A DNA stretch of 64,000 nt from Squalus acanthias (GCA_030390025.1 CM059431.1:104596001-104660000), one strand, 5' to 3'; counted from the stretch's first letter, positions 1-12,616 are shown. Made by a program: numbers and translations. Notes: a model not told the origin generated them from the sequence alone.

Positions 1-320
1 GATGCACTGCAGCAACTCGCCAAGGCTTCTTCGGCAGCACCTCCCAAACCCGCGACCTCTTCCACCTAGAAGGACAAGGGCAGCAGGTGCATGGGAACAC
101 CACCACCTCCAAGTTCCCCTCCAAGTCACACACCATCCTGACTTAGAAGTATATCGCCGATCCTTCATCGTCACTGGGTCAAAATCCTGGAACTCCCTCC
201 CTAACAGCACTGTGGGAGCACCTTCACAACACGGACTGCAGCGGTTCAAGAAGGCGGCTCACCACCACCTTCTCAAGGGCAACTAGGGATGGGCACATCC
301 CATGAGCGAATAAAAAAAAT
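1..320 (+). mobile_element. 3' end of CR1/L2-group non-LTR retrotransposon ('family X', ORF2 ends ...GSKSWNSLP...KKAAHHHLLKGN)
   Basis: ORF 2..286 has the ORF2 C-terminal WNxLP motif; A-rich tail; nine copies in the window. Confidence 0.8.
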
Positions 321-655
321 AATTTCAGGAGCCCTATCTGAAGATACCTAGGAGCATTTCTCATTTGAGTGGTTGGAAGCCATTGTGGTGGTGAAGCTAT
401 TTATTGCTATCAGCAACAACAATGGGTTCCCCCATGCGAATTCCCCTGTACATTTTTGGAGGGGGGAAAAGAGGAGCCCCAATGAAAGACTTGAACCCAC
501 AACCTTCACGACTCAGAGGCGAGAATGCCACCACCGAGCCACCACTGACACGGTATAGCCTAACATTACTATCCATCGCTATCGAGTAAAGAGGTGGTCA
601 AAGCAGGGTTGTTGCATCTCAACTGGATCTCAGCTGACAGCAGTCTAAAGGCAAT

Positions 656-1420
656 GGGCTGGATATTCCGATCCCTATGGGTGTGTATGCGCTGTGTACC
701 CAACCGTAAGGACATCAGAAGTGCTGGTTTCAGGCGTGCACAGCGCATGCGCTGAAAACCGGCATTTCCGATCTGTCAAGACTGCTCTTGACAGATTGGA
801 CGCCTGCCCTGGAGAAGGGCCTCTGCGGGCGGATAGTTCCGCTTTCTGGAGACCCTCCGCCCGCAGAAAACCCTTAGAAATCTTACGCCTGGTAGAAGCA
901 GGCGTAAGGCCTGCTTTTACCAGCATAAGATTTGAAAACAGTAAAAAAAAAAAAATTTTTTCACTCATTTATCATTTAAAAATACTTTAAAAAAAGGTAA
1001 GTTTATTTTTAGCTCCGTAAAATAACGTTAATTATTTTTTTCAAAAAATTAAATTTTTGTTTAAAATATTTATTAATTTATTGTAATTTAAACTAATTTT
1101 TTAAATGTCGTTTTTATTTATTTATTTAATGTTTTACTGTGTTTTTGGGGTGATCTCCATTCATATATTTGACAGGTCTATCTGTCAAGTGTATGAAGGG
1201 AGCTTACCTTCTTTGATTGGCTCCCCAAGGCCCATGTGATCCCAGGGACGCTTGTGAACCGCCTGCGCCTCTGGGATACGTGGGCCTCTGCGCATTTCGA
1301 GTGTGGAGAGGCCCAGGAGCGGAAGTGTCCGGACCTGGGGAGCCCTCAGGTTAGTCCGTAGATTTTTTCCAGATTGGAGGCCTCCGCACGCGGGAAGCCT
1401 GCGATCGGACATTATGGCCC
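656..1420. mobile_element. PIF/Harbinger-type MITE, family A (AT-rich core)
   Basis: Ends GGGCTGGATATT...ATTATGGCCC; 3-bp TSD AAT (653-655/1421-1423); homologous to 6804, 27338, 32806, 48516 copies. Confidence 0.75.
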
Positions 1421-2190
1421 AATAGCTGCTTTAATATTTTAGTAGTAGTGTAATGGGCATACTTTGGGCCTCAGCGATTGACTCTGTGAGACGATCTGGA
1501 ATCCTATTTATGGTTCAGATCGTGGGTTGAACACAATTGGATACAAGAAAAATATGTAGTTTAGACACACACAGCCAGCTATTGATCAGTACACCAGGCT
1601 AAATGCCATGCTGGAATCAAATTCAACAATCCAGATAATTTGGCCTGTTACAGCAGACCACCCTCTGCATACAGATCAGCAGGCGTTGACTAACACTGTG
1701 CAGTCTCTCATCAAACTACATAAATGATGAAGGTTTACCGCATCTTGACAAACTTCAAAGGCAGCAGAATGCACTGATTAACACTTATATATAGGATAGG
1801 CTATGTTGGCTTGGATGCATTGATCGTATGTATTTGGATGGTTTGTTTGGTTGCTCTATCTGTTCTGACTTCCAAGACTAGGGTCTGAAGAGATCAGTAA
1901 TGCGATCTGCTCTACATGGCGGAGACCAAACGCAGATTGGGTGATCACTTTGCGGAACACCTTCATTCAGTCCGCAAGCGTGAGCCCTGAGCTTCTGGCC
2001 GCCTGTCATTTTAATTCTTCGTCCCACTCCGGCCTCTCTATCCTCGGCCTCCTGCACTGCTCTAATGAAGCTCAGCGGAAGCTCGAGGAACAGCCCCTCA
2101 TTTTTGGATTAGGCACTTTACAACCTTCCAGACTCAACATCGAGTTCAACAATTTTAGATCATAACCACTACTCCCATTTCTCAGACATG

Positions 2191-2675
2191 AGGTTACATA
2201 GGATTACATAGGATATACGGCACTGAAACAGGCCTTTCGGCCCAACCAGTCTATGCCGGCGTTTATGCTCCACTCGAGCCTCTTCCCGTCTTTCCTCATC
2301 TAACTCTATCAGCATAACCCTCTATTCCTTTCTCCCTCATATGTTTGTCCAGCCACCCCTTAAATGCATCTATACTATTCGCTTCAACCACTCCCTGTGG
2401 TAGCGAGTTCCACATTCTCACCATTCTCTGGGTAAAGAAGTTTCTTCTGAATTCCCTATTGGATTTCTTGGTGACTATCTTATATTGATGGCCTCTAGTT
2501 ATGCTCTTCCCCACAAGTGGAAACATTCTCTCTGTATCCACTCTATCAAAACCTTTCATAATTTTAAAGACCTCTATTAGGTCACCCCTCAGCCTTCTTT
2601 TTTCAAGAGAAAGAGACCCAGCCTGTTCATCCTTTCCTGATATGTATACGCTCGCATTTCTGGTATCATTCTTGT
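2191..2675 (-). mobile_element. CR1 LINE 3' fragment inserted in the PLE
   Basis: ORF 2296..2559 (..RRNFFTQRMVRMWNSLPQGVVEANSIDAFKGWLDKHM) is the CR1 ORF2 C-terminus; short-repeat tail. Confidence 0.85.
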
Positions 2676-2903
2676 GTTGGTAATGATTCTGCTGTTGTCA
2701 TTTACACCTCCTCTAGACCCGTCTTTTGTTTTTTTACTTGCTCCATTACCATCTCCTTTGGGCCTCGCACCATCATCCCTTTTGTCATTTAATCTCTCCT
2801 GCCTTCCATCCTATCACAGACCTTCCCTTTTGTCCTTTCCTCCCCTCCCCCCTTTCCCTGTCTCTGTACTTGCTTAAAACCTGTTGCATCTCGAACATTT
2901 TCC

Positions 2904-2940
2904 AGTTCTGATGAAAGGTCATCGACCTGAAACGTTAACT
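2904..2940 (+). ncRNA. Minimal type I hammerhead ribozyme motif in PLE pseudo-LTR
   Basis: AGUU-CUGAUGA-A-AGGUC-auc-GACCU-GAAAC-GUU-AACU: intact core, 5-bp stem II, 4-bp stem I, loop-less palindromic stem III (AACGUU). Confidence 0.7.
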
Positions 2941-5429
2941 CTGTTTCTCTATCCACAGATGCTGCCTGACCTATTGCGTATTTCCAGAATTTTCTGTTTT
3001 TATTTCTTTTTTAATAAGTTTTTTTGTGTTGTACTCAAGAATAAGTGCTAATTATCACTCCTGCTCCTCCCAGCTCCCCACATTCAGGTAAGCATTTGTA
3101 AAAAAAAACTTAGCTTTGCGTTAGCGGCCTCCAGCGGTTCTTATATGTACCGCTGGTTACGCCACACTTAGATATGGTTACCCTGAACGCAGAAATGCCA
3201 GCTGCGTTCAGGGTAGCCCAATTTCGGGAAGGGGGCCTAAAAATAGGCATCAGGTCTCCTATTTGTATATGCAAAGGGCCTAACGCTTGTTTGAGGCGTG
3301 GGCCCTGAATGCCTATCCTGGAGCCTTTACCAATATGGCGGGTGGTGCACGCACATCTGGCGTGGAATGCGCGCGTGCACACCAGCCGCTATGTTGGACA
3401 CTAAGGCGCCTGTTTTATGCCTGTAAAATGGGCGCGTGTCAACAAATTTCTAGAGCACCATGTCTAAACATCTTGCATTTCACACATTATTTTCTTACTG
3501 AAATACAATGACTATGGTGGTCTAGGCAACAGACAAAGGGCGGGAAGTTGCTCAGCGCTGCTCCTGCTCTTTCAGCATAGCTTGGCCAGAAGTGCAACAG
3601 AAACACCGTTTAGGTAAATAGGGCTTCTCCCGCAACTACTGGCAACGTTGCGGTGGTGGACCAAGAGGGGCTCAGAGGAAATTCACGACCAATGCTTTTG
3701 AATAAAAATTTATTTTTGAAATCAAGCATGAATAATATTAACTCGAGCTCGGTGCAATTTCATCGCCCAACCCATCTGCCCCACTTGCTGCAATCATTGC
3801 CTTTTCACCTGTTGAATGTTCTTGACCTGCTTCTGTTGGGTTGGATTCCAAGATTCAAGTTTGCAGGTCTATGATTTCCAGGTTCAGGCTTCTATCTGTT
3901 TCTAGTAATTGGAACATTAATACTTTTTAGTCTTCTGGTCCTACTCTATATTTAACGAGCTGTGAAAACATTAATCTACTGCTTCTGCTGTTTCATTCCT
4001 AATTTCTTTAAGTATTCTTGGATTCTTTCCATCAATCCGGCTGTCATATGAATATTTAGACATTCCACTTTTAATGCCCTTTTTATTATTAATCTTTGCT
4101 TTTTCTATTAATATAGAAGCATCACCAACGATTGTTAAAGGTATACCATTAATTTTGTGCATTTCAGAGGGCGAGGAAGAAGGAAGTGTGCCAGAGGGTT
4201 CTTGGCCCTATAACCATCCATTTCTCTTATCATTTAACTACCTGGCTCACTCATTCTACATCACACCCTGATGCTTCATCGAACAAGCAGTCTTTTCGGA
4301 ATGACACACCATTGCCTTTAGCTACTAACCATTTTCTCCATTACCTCTTTCCAGGTCATCATGGAGTTCTGGGCCCATTGGCAGTAGAGCGCGCCAATGA
4401 CGGTGCATCATCGCTCACTGTTACGCTTGTGAGCATCAGCTCAGGAGTTGGCACCCCACGACCATTAGCTAGTGACTGAGAGGGGTCAGCAAAGGGCAGG
4501 AGGAGAGGACAGCTCGGGGCACAGCACACTGGTGGGCGAGCTCGGTGTAGAATCAAAATAAAGGTATGCCCATTGAGAAATCCGTGTTTAGAGTGCAAAG
4601 CAGTGCTTTAAGCAGAGCTGAGTAAAAGCCCTGACCCAACCATCAAAATACTAAAAAGGTCGTTAGACAGACAAAGAAACACCAACCTTCAGTAGCAATG
4701 CACAGACTGGCCTCCTCAATGTGGTATCTGCCTCACGGATACTTTGCAGCAGCTCTTAGTACCACTGATGTAGTGGTTGCAGTAATTTGGTTCGGGGCAG
4801 ATATGGAGGGGACAAAGGGCGAATGTGTTAACCGCACCCCCTTGACTCCATTTAAATGTGGTGGAACAGGCTTGTGACGGGACTTAAAGTGAACTGGGGA
4901 TTTTTGAAGCGGAGAATTCAGGTACAGTGTTTTTTTGTGGCGGATTTGAGGCAACAGCCTTTAGGAACACATCTTCCTCTGTTTACTGCCCCAATCCTCA
5001 CCAAAGCGGGAACTAATTCAAAGGAGACTCCAGGCTCTGGCTTCACTTATTCACACATCTCCATTTGGCATACCATTTAGATGTCGTGTTGTTACTGGTC
5101 TCCTTCTCAGTCCAGTAATCCAGGCCCGTGAACTTATCAAAGGTTTCCACTGAGATACTGAGGTAATACTTAACTGATTGGTTTAATTTGCATCACTCGT
5201 ACAATTATGATCTTATCTAACAGTTGCTTTTAACCCAACCGCAGTGTGCTGGCAGTTCTTCATTTTCAGACATTTGTCTCCTGCAAATTGACCTCCCACC
5301 CCCGAACTACACTATCGCTCCTATACATGACTCTGAATGTAAATGATCTCTTTACTTAATCCCTACTTCAACCTTTTCTTATTTTAATTCACCTTTTTTC
5401 CCCAATGTATTCATCCTCTGATCTGTAGG

Positions 5430-5903
5430 TTAATTCACCAGAATGATACTGGGGTTAAATTAAGAAGACAGGTTTCATAGCCTAGGCTTGTATTCCCTCG
5501 AGTGTAGAAAATTAAGGGGTGAGCTAATTGAGGTCTTTAAGACGATGAAAGGAGTTGATAGGATAGAGAGAGAGAAACTATTTCCTCTGGTGGGGGGAGT
5601 CCAGGACAAGGGGGCAAAACCTTAAAATTAGAGCCAGGCCATTCAGGGGTGATGTCAGGAACCACTTCTTCACACAAAGGGTAGTGGAAATCTGGAACTC
5701 CCCCCCCCCATAAAGCTGTTGAAGCTGGGAGTCAATTGAAAATGTCAAAACTGAGATTGATAGATTTTTGTTAGGCAAGGGTATTAAAGTTTACAGAACC
5801 AAGGCAGGTATATGGAGTTAAGATACAGATCAGCCATGATCTAATGGAATGGCAGATCAGCCTCGAGGGGCTGAATGGCCTTCTCCTGTTCCTATGTTCC
5901 TAC
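5430..5903 (+). mobile_element. CR1 LINE 3' fragment
   Basis: Decayed CR1 ORF2 end (..HFFTQRVVEIWNS..) and 3' UTR ending cctgttcctatgttcct. Confidence 0.85.
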
Positions 5904-6721
5904 AAGACTCTGAATATGAATGATTTCTTTACTTAATCCCTACTTCAACCTTTTCTTATTTAATTCACTGTTTTTTCCCCCCAATGTATTCCTTCTCTGG
6001 TCTGTAAGCATAATCACTTGACTATAACAATCAAATTCAGAAACACATCAAATCCGAGGATCATTTTTATTGAAGCACGGAAGTGCAGTCTATCAATCTC
6101 CATCCTGCTTTCTCCATCTGTATAGAAATAATGGATCAAGAATAGAATGTACCCTTTCTATCTCACTTGAATGCTCAGCAGGCTAAATACAGCTAGTTGT
6201 TTACAGAATTTCACAGAGAGGCGCAAGCATATTTGAAGTCTTATCTCTATCATGTAGTATATTTTCTAGAGCGTTTTCCTAAAGTTCTGTTCTTAGATTG
6301 AGTTGTTGAATGAATTAATAAAGGGTCCATGAGATAAGCTCATACCAATTGGCTGATTCTATCTATAATTTGCAGAAATGAAGATCCAAGTATAATCCCC
6401 ATACAAACATAACATTTCTTGGTGAGATATTTATGCGTGATTCAAACTTCAAGCCTAACATGTACTGGCTAACGGATTCACAGCTGAAGATAATTGTTGG
6501 TACAGCACACTTTTTCATTGCATCTTACTAAACAAAGATGCCGACATAACAACAGTCGGGTAAATTCATGTGACCACGTGCTCTCACTGGGGAGTTACCC
6601 TTAAAGGCTGCATGGGTCAAAGAATTGGGAATTGAATATTGCAGCCCTATCTTCGACCCAAGTGCTGATCTCCTGCTGGGTAGACGCGATCACTACCTTT
6701 ACTCTAGTGACTGCACTTAAC

Positions 6722-8222
6722 GGGCCATAATTTGCTGTCGGAGTGAATCTAACAGAGTCTGCTGATAGTTAGACTTGCCCCTTTGCACAGTTAACTTTTT
6801 AATGGGCCTGAATTTGCGGGCAGGGGGCTTACCGCGGGCGAATGCCTCCGAACCGTAAGAAAAGTACGAACCTACCCGATGGTCCCGGAGGTTCGTAGAC
6901 TCTTGCGGTCCCGGGCCTGCGGGCGTGCGCCTGCGTAAAGGCCTACGTATCCCAGGGGCGCATGTGGTTCGCAAGCATCCCTGGGATCACGTGGGCCGGC
7001 CCAACCAATCAAAAAGGGGGATCCCCATTGTGCTTATGGGGAATCCATTTACGTACGGGATCCCCATGAGCATGAATAGGAATCCCCTAAAAAATACAAT
7101 TACACACCAGTTAAACAAAAATAAATCATTACATGTTCAAAATTAATGAAAATACAATTAAATTAAACATGTAAAGCAAAAATTACATTTTTTGAAAAAT
7201 AAATGTAAAAGTTTTAAAGGGGCTAAAAATAACCCCTAAATAATTTTAAAGTTTTTTTATGTTTAAATAATTTTTTAAATATTTTAATATTTATTTAAAC
7301 TCTTACACTGGTAAAAGAAGGCCCTACACCTGACTTTACCAGGTGTAAGCGTTTCACGGGCATTTGCTGGGCAAATAGCCCAACTCTCCGCCAGCGAATG
7401 TCCATTTCCCGGGGATGCGGATGATGTGTCGAGCTGAAACTTGACAGATCGTAAGTTTCGGGTTTTCGCGCATGCACATCGTATGTGGTCATAGGCCCCA
7501 GAAAGTCCAGGTCAATATGTTTGCATGGGAAGTTGCTGAAAGTGCGAGCTGATAACGGCGCAGCAAGGGGAAACCGGGCATCTGGGATCTGAGTGAACAG
7601 GGAAAGTAACAGGTTATCTCCATAGCCAATCAGGTTGAAGGATTGTGAAATTAACAGTGCAAAGACTGAGAAGGAAATGTCAATTAGAGTGGGTGAATTC
7701 AATGTCAAATCAGGTATAGAAAGAGAAATAAAGAGAGGGAAAGAAAGTTTGGATTAAGAGAGAGAGAGAGAGTAAAGAGACAGAAAGGAAAAGTTAAAAA
7801 AAATTAGTTTTAAACCTTCAGGTTTTATATTTTTAAAATCTCCAACAACAATTAAAAGCTGAAGGAATGAGACGCCACACTTGTAATAGTTAATTTTCAG
7901 TGCCAGAGAGGTTGACTGGCAGTAATTAACACTTATCACATTGTTAAAAGGGTACATAGACTGAAATGGACATGATTTCAATATCTGTGGTGAGTTTAGT
8001 TCGTATCTGCCGCGCAAGTACAGGAACTTCACCCGATTCGGTGCATTTCAATGGTGAGGCAGACGGCGAGATACCGTTTTGGCGAAGCTAACAGACAGCA
8101 ACTTTTGGATTTCTGGGTTTAATCGCACGTCTGCCCCTCGCCGGAGGATTCTGCACCATTTACACTTAAATAACAGTGAGTGCCATTAGCCTCACCGTTA
8201 TTTTAACAGCAAATTATGGGCC
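6722..8222. mobile_element. Harbinger-type MITE, family B (AG-rich core), containing a nested family A MITE
   Basis: TIR GGGCCATAATTTGCTG / CAGCAAATTATGGGCC; flanks AAC/AAT; core shared with 9453-10001 and 50445-51202. Confidence 0.75.
6804..7513. mobile_element. Harbinger-type MITE, family A, nested
   Basis: TSD AAT (6801-6803/7514-7516); degenerate TIRs; reverse-complement homology to 656-1420. Confidence 0.65.
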
Positions 8223-8336
8223 AATAAGTAATGCATTGGGCAGAACTTTCAACTCGAAGTTGATGGAAAGGGAAGTTGGGCAGGGTGCATAACGGGCGAC
8301 CAATCCGTTTACTCCTGTTTTATGTCTCCACCGATG

Positions 8337-8823
8337 TTTTTTTTTATTCGCTTATGGGATCTGGGCGTCGCTGGCAAGGCCAGCATTTATTGCCCATCCC
8401 TAGTTGCCCTTGAGAAGGTGGTGGTGAGCCGCCTTCTTGAACCGCTGCAGTCCGTGTGGTGAAGGTACTCCCACAGTGCTGCTAGGGAGGGAGTTCCAGG
8501 ATTTTGACCCAGCGACGATGAAGGATCGCGCGATATACTTCCAAGTCAGGATGGTATGTGACTTGGAGGGGAACTTGGAGCTGGTGGTGTTCCCATGCAC
8601 CTGCTGCCCTTGTCCTTCTAGGTGGAAGAGATTGTGGGTTTGGGAGGTGCTGCCGAAGAAGCCTTGGCGAGTTGCTGCAGTGCACCTTGTAGATGGTACA
8701 CACTGCAGCCACGGTGTGCCGATGGTGGAGGGAGTGAATGTTTAAGGTGGTGGATGGGGTGCCGATCAAATGGGCTGCTTTGTCCTGGATGGTGTCGAGC
8801 TTCTTGAGTGATGTTGAAAGCTC
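8337..8823 (-). mobile_element. Family X LINE 3' fragment
   Basis: ORFs 8482..8829 and 8400..8600 match the family X ORF2 C-terminus. Confidence 0.8.
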
Positions 8824-9424
8824 TTCCACTTGTACGTGTGAAGTGTTTTAAGACATTGCTGAGAGACACCACCAGGCAGTCTATAAATACAAATTCTTTT
8901 ATTTTTCTTGTGAATTGGGTTTAAAATACAGTGACCAGTGGGACTATCATTAAATTACATTCTCTCCATGCAAGAGCACTGAGATGATGTTTTATGTGCC
9001 TTCCCTATGGGGTGAAAGTCATCAGGATGTATATCATGTGTAGCTGGGAGTATTTATTACTGTTATTCAGCGATAGAAAAGCCTGTGGTAACACGGGTGA
9101 GGCTTCTGAGTTAGCATCAGGTGAAGGAAAGAGCAAACAGGAATCTGGTCAAAAGGTTCATTTTAAGTGCTCATATCTTATATCGTCAGTGTGCGATTGC
9201 AATATCTACTGAGTGAACCTTGTAAACCACTCAATATATATTACTCTTGGGCCCTAATGTTGCACCATGGGATATTAGTGAGCAAAAGCTTAATGTGTTC
9301 ATTGAAATTGCATCATCCACAAGCTTAGCCAAGGTACTAATCTATTTCTTTTAAAATGAGCTCACTAGTGGGGAAAGGAATTTTATGCAAATGTATTGAG
9401 TGCTTGTGCATTAGTACATTGCTT

Positions 9425-10292
9425 CAGTGCAGTACTGAGGGAGTACCGCACTGGCCCAGAATTTGCTGTATCCAGCCAATGGACAGTGCCCACCATTAGC
9501 TAGACTTGCCCCTGCCTGTTTAATTTCCTTGATGTTTTGCACTGAAAATTGCTGGAAGTGTTTGAAGGAAACAGCGTGGCGCCCTCTACAGGGCATCTGG
9601 GACCTGAGTGAACAGAACAAACAACTGTGTATCTCCTTAACCAATCAGATTGAAGGATTGTGAAATTAACAGTGCAGGGACTGAGAAGAAAATGTAAATT
9701 AGAGTGGGTGAATTCAATGTCAAATCAGGTACAGAACGAGAAATAAAGAGAGGGAAAGAAAGGTTGGATTAAGAGAGAGAAAAAGAGACAAATAAAAAGT
9801 AAACAAAACAATTGTTTTTTTAAATCTCCAACAACAATTAAAAGCTGAAGGAATGAGACTCCACACTTGTAATTTTCAGTGCCAGGCCGATTGACAGGAA
9901 TTAATTAACACTTATCACATAGTTAAAGGGGTAATCTTGGACTTGAAATGTCTTGACTTAACTATTAGCCTCACCGTTAGTTTGACAGCAAATTTTCGGC
10001 CTTTGTCATCTTTCAGATGAAATGTTAAACCGAAGTCCCATCTGCCCTCTCAGGTGGACATAAAATATCTCATGGTACTATTTGAAGAAGAGCAGAGTGT
10101 TATTCCCGGTGTCCTGGTCGACATTTATCCCTCAACCAAAATCACCAAAAACAGACTATCTGGTCATTTATCTCTTTGCTGTTTGTGGGAGCTTGTTGTG
10201 CATAAATTGGTTGCCCCATTTCCCGACATTACAACATTGACTACACTTGGAAAGTAACTCATTGAATGTGACATACTTTGGGATGTCCTGTG
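9425..10292 (+). mobile_element. DeuSINE (SacSINE1-like), diverged, interrupted by MITE 9453-10001
   Basis: cagtgcagtactgagggag... resumes after the MITE as tctttcagatgaaatgttaaaccg...; collinear with full copies at 56727 and 57605. Confidence 0.7.
9453..10001. mobile_element. Harbinger-type MITE, family B
   Basis: Ends GGCCCAGAATTTGCTG / CAGCAAATTTTCGGCC; internal match to 7560-8220. Confidence 0.7.
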
Positions 10293-10629
10293 GTTATGAC
10301 AGATGTTTGATCTCACAAACTTCAGAATCAGAGGTGAGAGTTTTAGCATTGAGCAAAGGCTGGAACCTACATAGGATACTTAATTATTTTTTTATATCAT
10401 AGAACTATGTAATCCATGCAGTCTGTATTGATCTCATGTGCTATGAATTTTAATGAAGAAAAATATGAACCCTAAGGCTGTTTAATTAAGATCTTTACAA
10501 CAAAGAAATTTTTTCCATTGACTGCTGTAATTTGCATTCAAGCGTCCTATTGAGCTCATATTTGGAATTATACTAGTTTAATTTTCCAAGCAGTGCAACA
10601 AATATGTGAGCAAATAGTATCCTAGCCAT

Positions 10630-10790
10630 GGTCTAACTCGCACCAAGTCCCGTTCGCCCATCACTCCTGTGCACGTTGACCTACATTGGCTCCCGGTTAA
10701 GCAACACCCCAATTTCAAAATTCTCATCCTTGTTTTCAAATCCCTCCATGGCCTCGACCCTCCCTATCTCTGTAATCTTCCACAGTCCCA
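10630..10790 (+). mobile_element. L2 LINE fragment
   Basis: DLHWLPVKQHPNFKILILVFKSLHGLDPPYL, the L2 ORF2 C-terminal LHWLP motif. Confidence 0.75.
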
Positions 10791-10948
10791 CTCCCATCCT
10801 GCTGCCCCTTTAAGGCTCCTGCCTCTTGCACCCTCTCCTTGTCTTGTCCCCTCCTGCTCCCTGAGATGTCCGATTCCCCATCTTTCTTTGGAGTACTTAC
10901 ACTTACCCCACACCCCGCTCCCGCCTCCTCTCCCCCCACGGACACCAG

Positions 10949-11838
10949 GGGGGAAAAATTCAGCATCACCCCATTTGGGGTGCAATTATTGGCCAGGCGC
11001 AAAGATTAGCGCCTGGCGCTAATTATCGCCTCCGACTGCAAACTTGGCTTTTATCGCCCCTGGAGGTGTTTGGAGCACTCAATCAGGCACTTCACACCTG
11101 TCTCAAGGCGCAAAGGCCGAGGAGCGAGGCGTTATCTCAGAGCGCTGGCGAAGCTCATGTGATGTCAGTCAGCAATGGAACACAGACACACTGGCGCCGG
11201 CCAGTTCTTAAAGGGAAGGGTTGATCTTGCTCTCCATCCACATCCTGCTCATTGCAGCCTTGAATCTTGGCCTGGAGAGACCTGTACATCAAATCTGCTG
11301 GAAAGAACAATGGAGAGTCCCAGGGAAAGATCTCAGAGTGCAGCCCCCACAGTCTCTTCTAAATCGATACAAGGAAGGGCAAATCAAAATGAACCTGCAA
11401 AGTGCTGCTCAGTACCAAAAACTCCTTCACACAGCATTGAATCTCACCAGAAGTCTCTCTCTTTCTCAGAATGCGTGGTGCAAAAATGTCACCAACAAAA
11501 AAAGGCAGGACGCATTCACCTTTAAATAGCGCCCCCCCAGTCCCTTCCTGACTGCAAAACGTTCCCCTCAACCTGTCGTTGCTAGCGGCAGGCAGTAAGG
11601 CAGGGGGCGCCACTCAATATCCGGTCCGGGGCACTACCGAGGCGTTGCGCACTCGATTGACATCACGATCTGCCGGCGCAGGAGATCATGGCAGTAGTGT
11701 TTAGCGCCGCCGCAAAATGTCTAGTTAATTTCGTGAGCGGCGCAAACATCGCCGCGCACGGGCGCTAGTTGCTTTGCGCCCCATTAGCACCCTCTTAAGA
11801 CGCTAATGGGAGGCGCAAAACAACTGAATTTTTCCCCC
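10949..11838. mobile_element. Harbinger-type MITE, family C
   Basis: Perfect 15-bp TIR GGGGGAAAAATTCAG / CTGAATTTTTCCCCC; TSD CAG (10946-10948/11839-11841); reverse homolog at 62133-62945. Confidence 0.85.
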
Positions 11839-11841
11839 CAG

Positions 11842-12485
11842 ATTCTTTAGGGAGAGCCGAGCCGTATTATGGCTCGACGCTGCCCTCGACCTGTGCTGCC
11901 CTCTGCTGTCTTTGTCCTTTTCCACCGTACTTGATGTGTTTTATTAGCATATCGTCCTCAATATAAACCGGCAGGTTTAAGAATGAGACCACCACCTCTT
12001 CAGAATATAGCAGAGATATCGCCAAGAACTTATCTCCATCCTGCAAACTCAGTAAAAGTTTTTCAACCTCCTCTTGGCCACTGACCGCCACCTCGAACCC
12101 AACATTCGGCTCTGGTCGACAGGCAAAGCAGCTTCCCTCGCCGCAGTCCCCATGTACCACCTGGATAATATCCCAAGCTCATAACTCCTTATCTTCGCAC
12201 TGACCCACTACCGTGTCTTCTTATCCAAACCTCTTAGGGTCCCGGCCCGAATCTTTGTGCCTTTTTTTCTCCCTTCCCTCAACATTTTCTCCCTTGATTA
12301 AATTCATGCTGGGAACACTGTCCTCTGAGGGGCCCAGAACCCTCAGCAGCCATCAGGCTGCTGTTTAAGGACCAAAAAGGCCCTAAACCTGAAAAAAAAA
12401 CACCACCAACTTTTTACAAACTCACTCCAACTCCCTGCGGTAATCAAGCACCCAGCAGCACCTGCTCACTCCTAGCCCCTCCCAC
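11842..12485 (-). mobile_element. L1/Tx1-clade LINE 5' fragment (decayed ORF1p)
   Basis: Peptide ..WDIIQVVHGDCGEGSCFACRP..FEVAV..EEVVVSFLNLPVYIEDDMLIKHIKYG resembles fish Tx1-type ORF1p (VVSFxNLPVYxED motif); stops present. Confidence 0.55.
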
Positions 12486-12616
12486 CTTGAGAGTGCTACC
12501 CACTGAGCCACAGCTGGCACTGATAATTATGACATTGCCATTGTCTCTTAGTAATAATAATATCTGCCCAATTCCTCATCTATTGTCACTTTTCTACTTC
12601 CATCTCTGTGAAATTC

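Larger units (their letters stand above)
1901..3005 (+). mobile_element. Penelope-like element 3' fragment (GIY-YIG endonuclease C-terminus + pseudo-LTR), interrupted by CR1
   Basis: Translates ..LLYMAETKRRLGDHFAEHL..CHFNS..RKLEEQPLIFGLGTLQPSRLNIEFNNFRS; 3' region matches the 47143-47795 copy. Confidence 0.8.

Noticed and set aside
4150..4480. Exon-like segments with acceptor sites
   Set aside because: They look like decayed transposon-derived sequence; no coherent protein could be supported.
8437..8745. Recurrent ORFs such as MNRCSPCGEG.. and ..RRYISKSGWCVTWRGTWRWW
   Set aside because: Antisense or alternative frames of the family X LINE; recurrence reflects repeat copy number.
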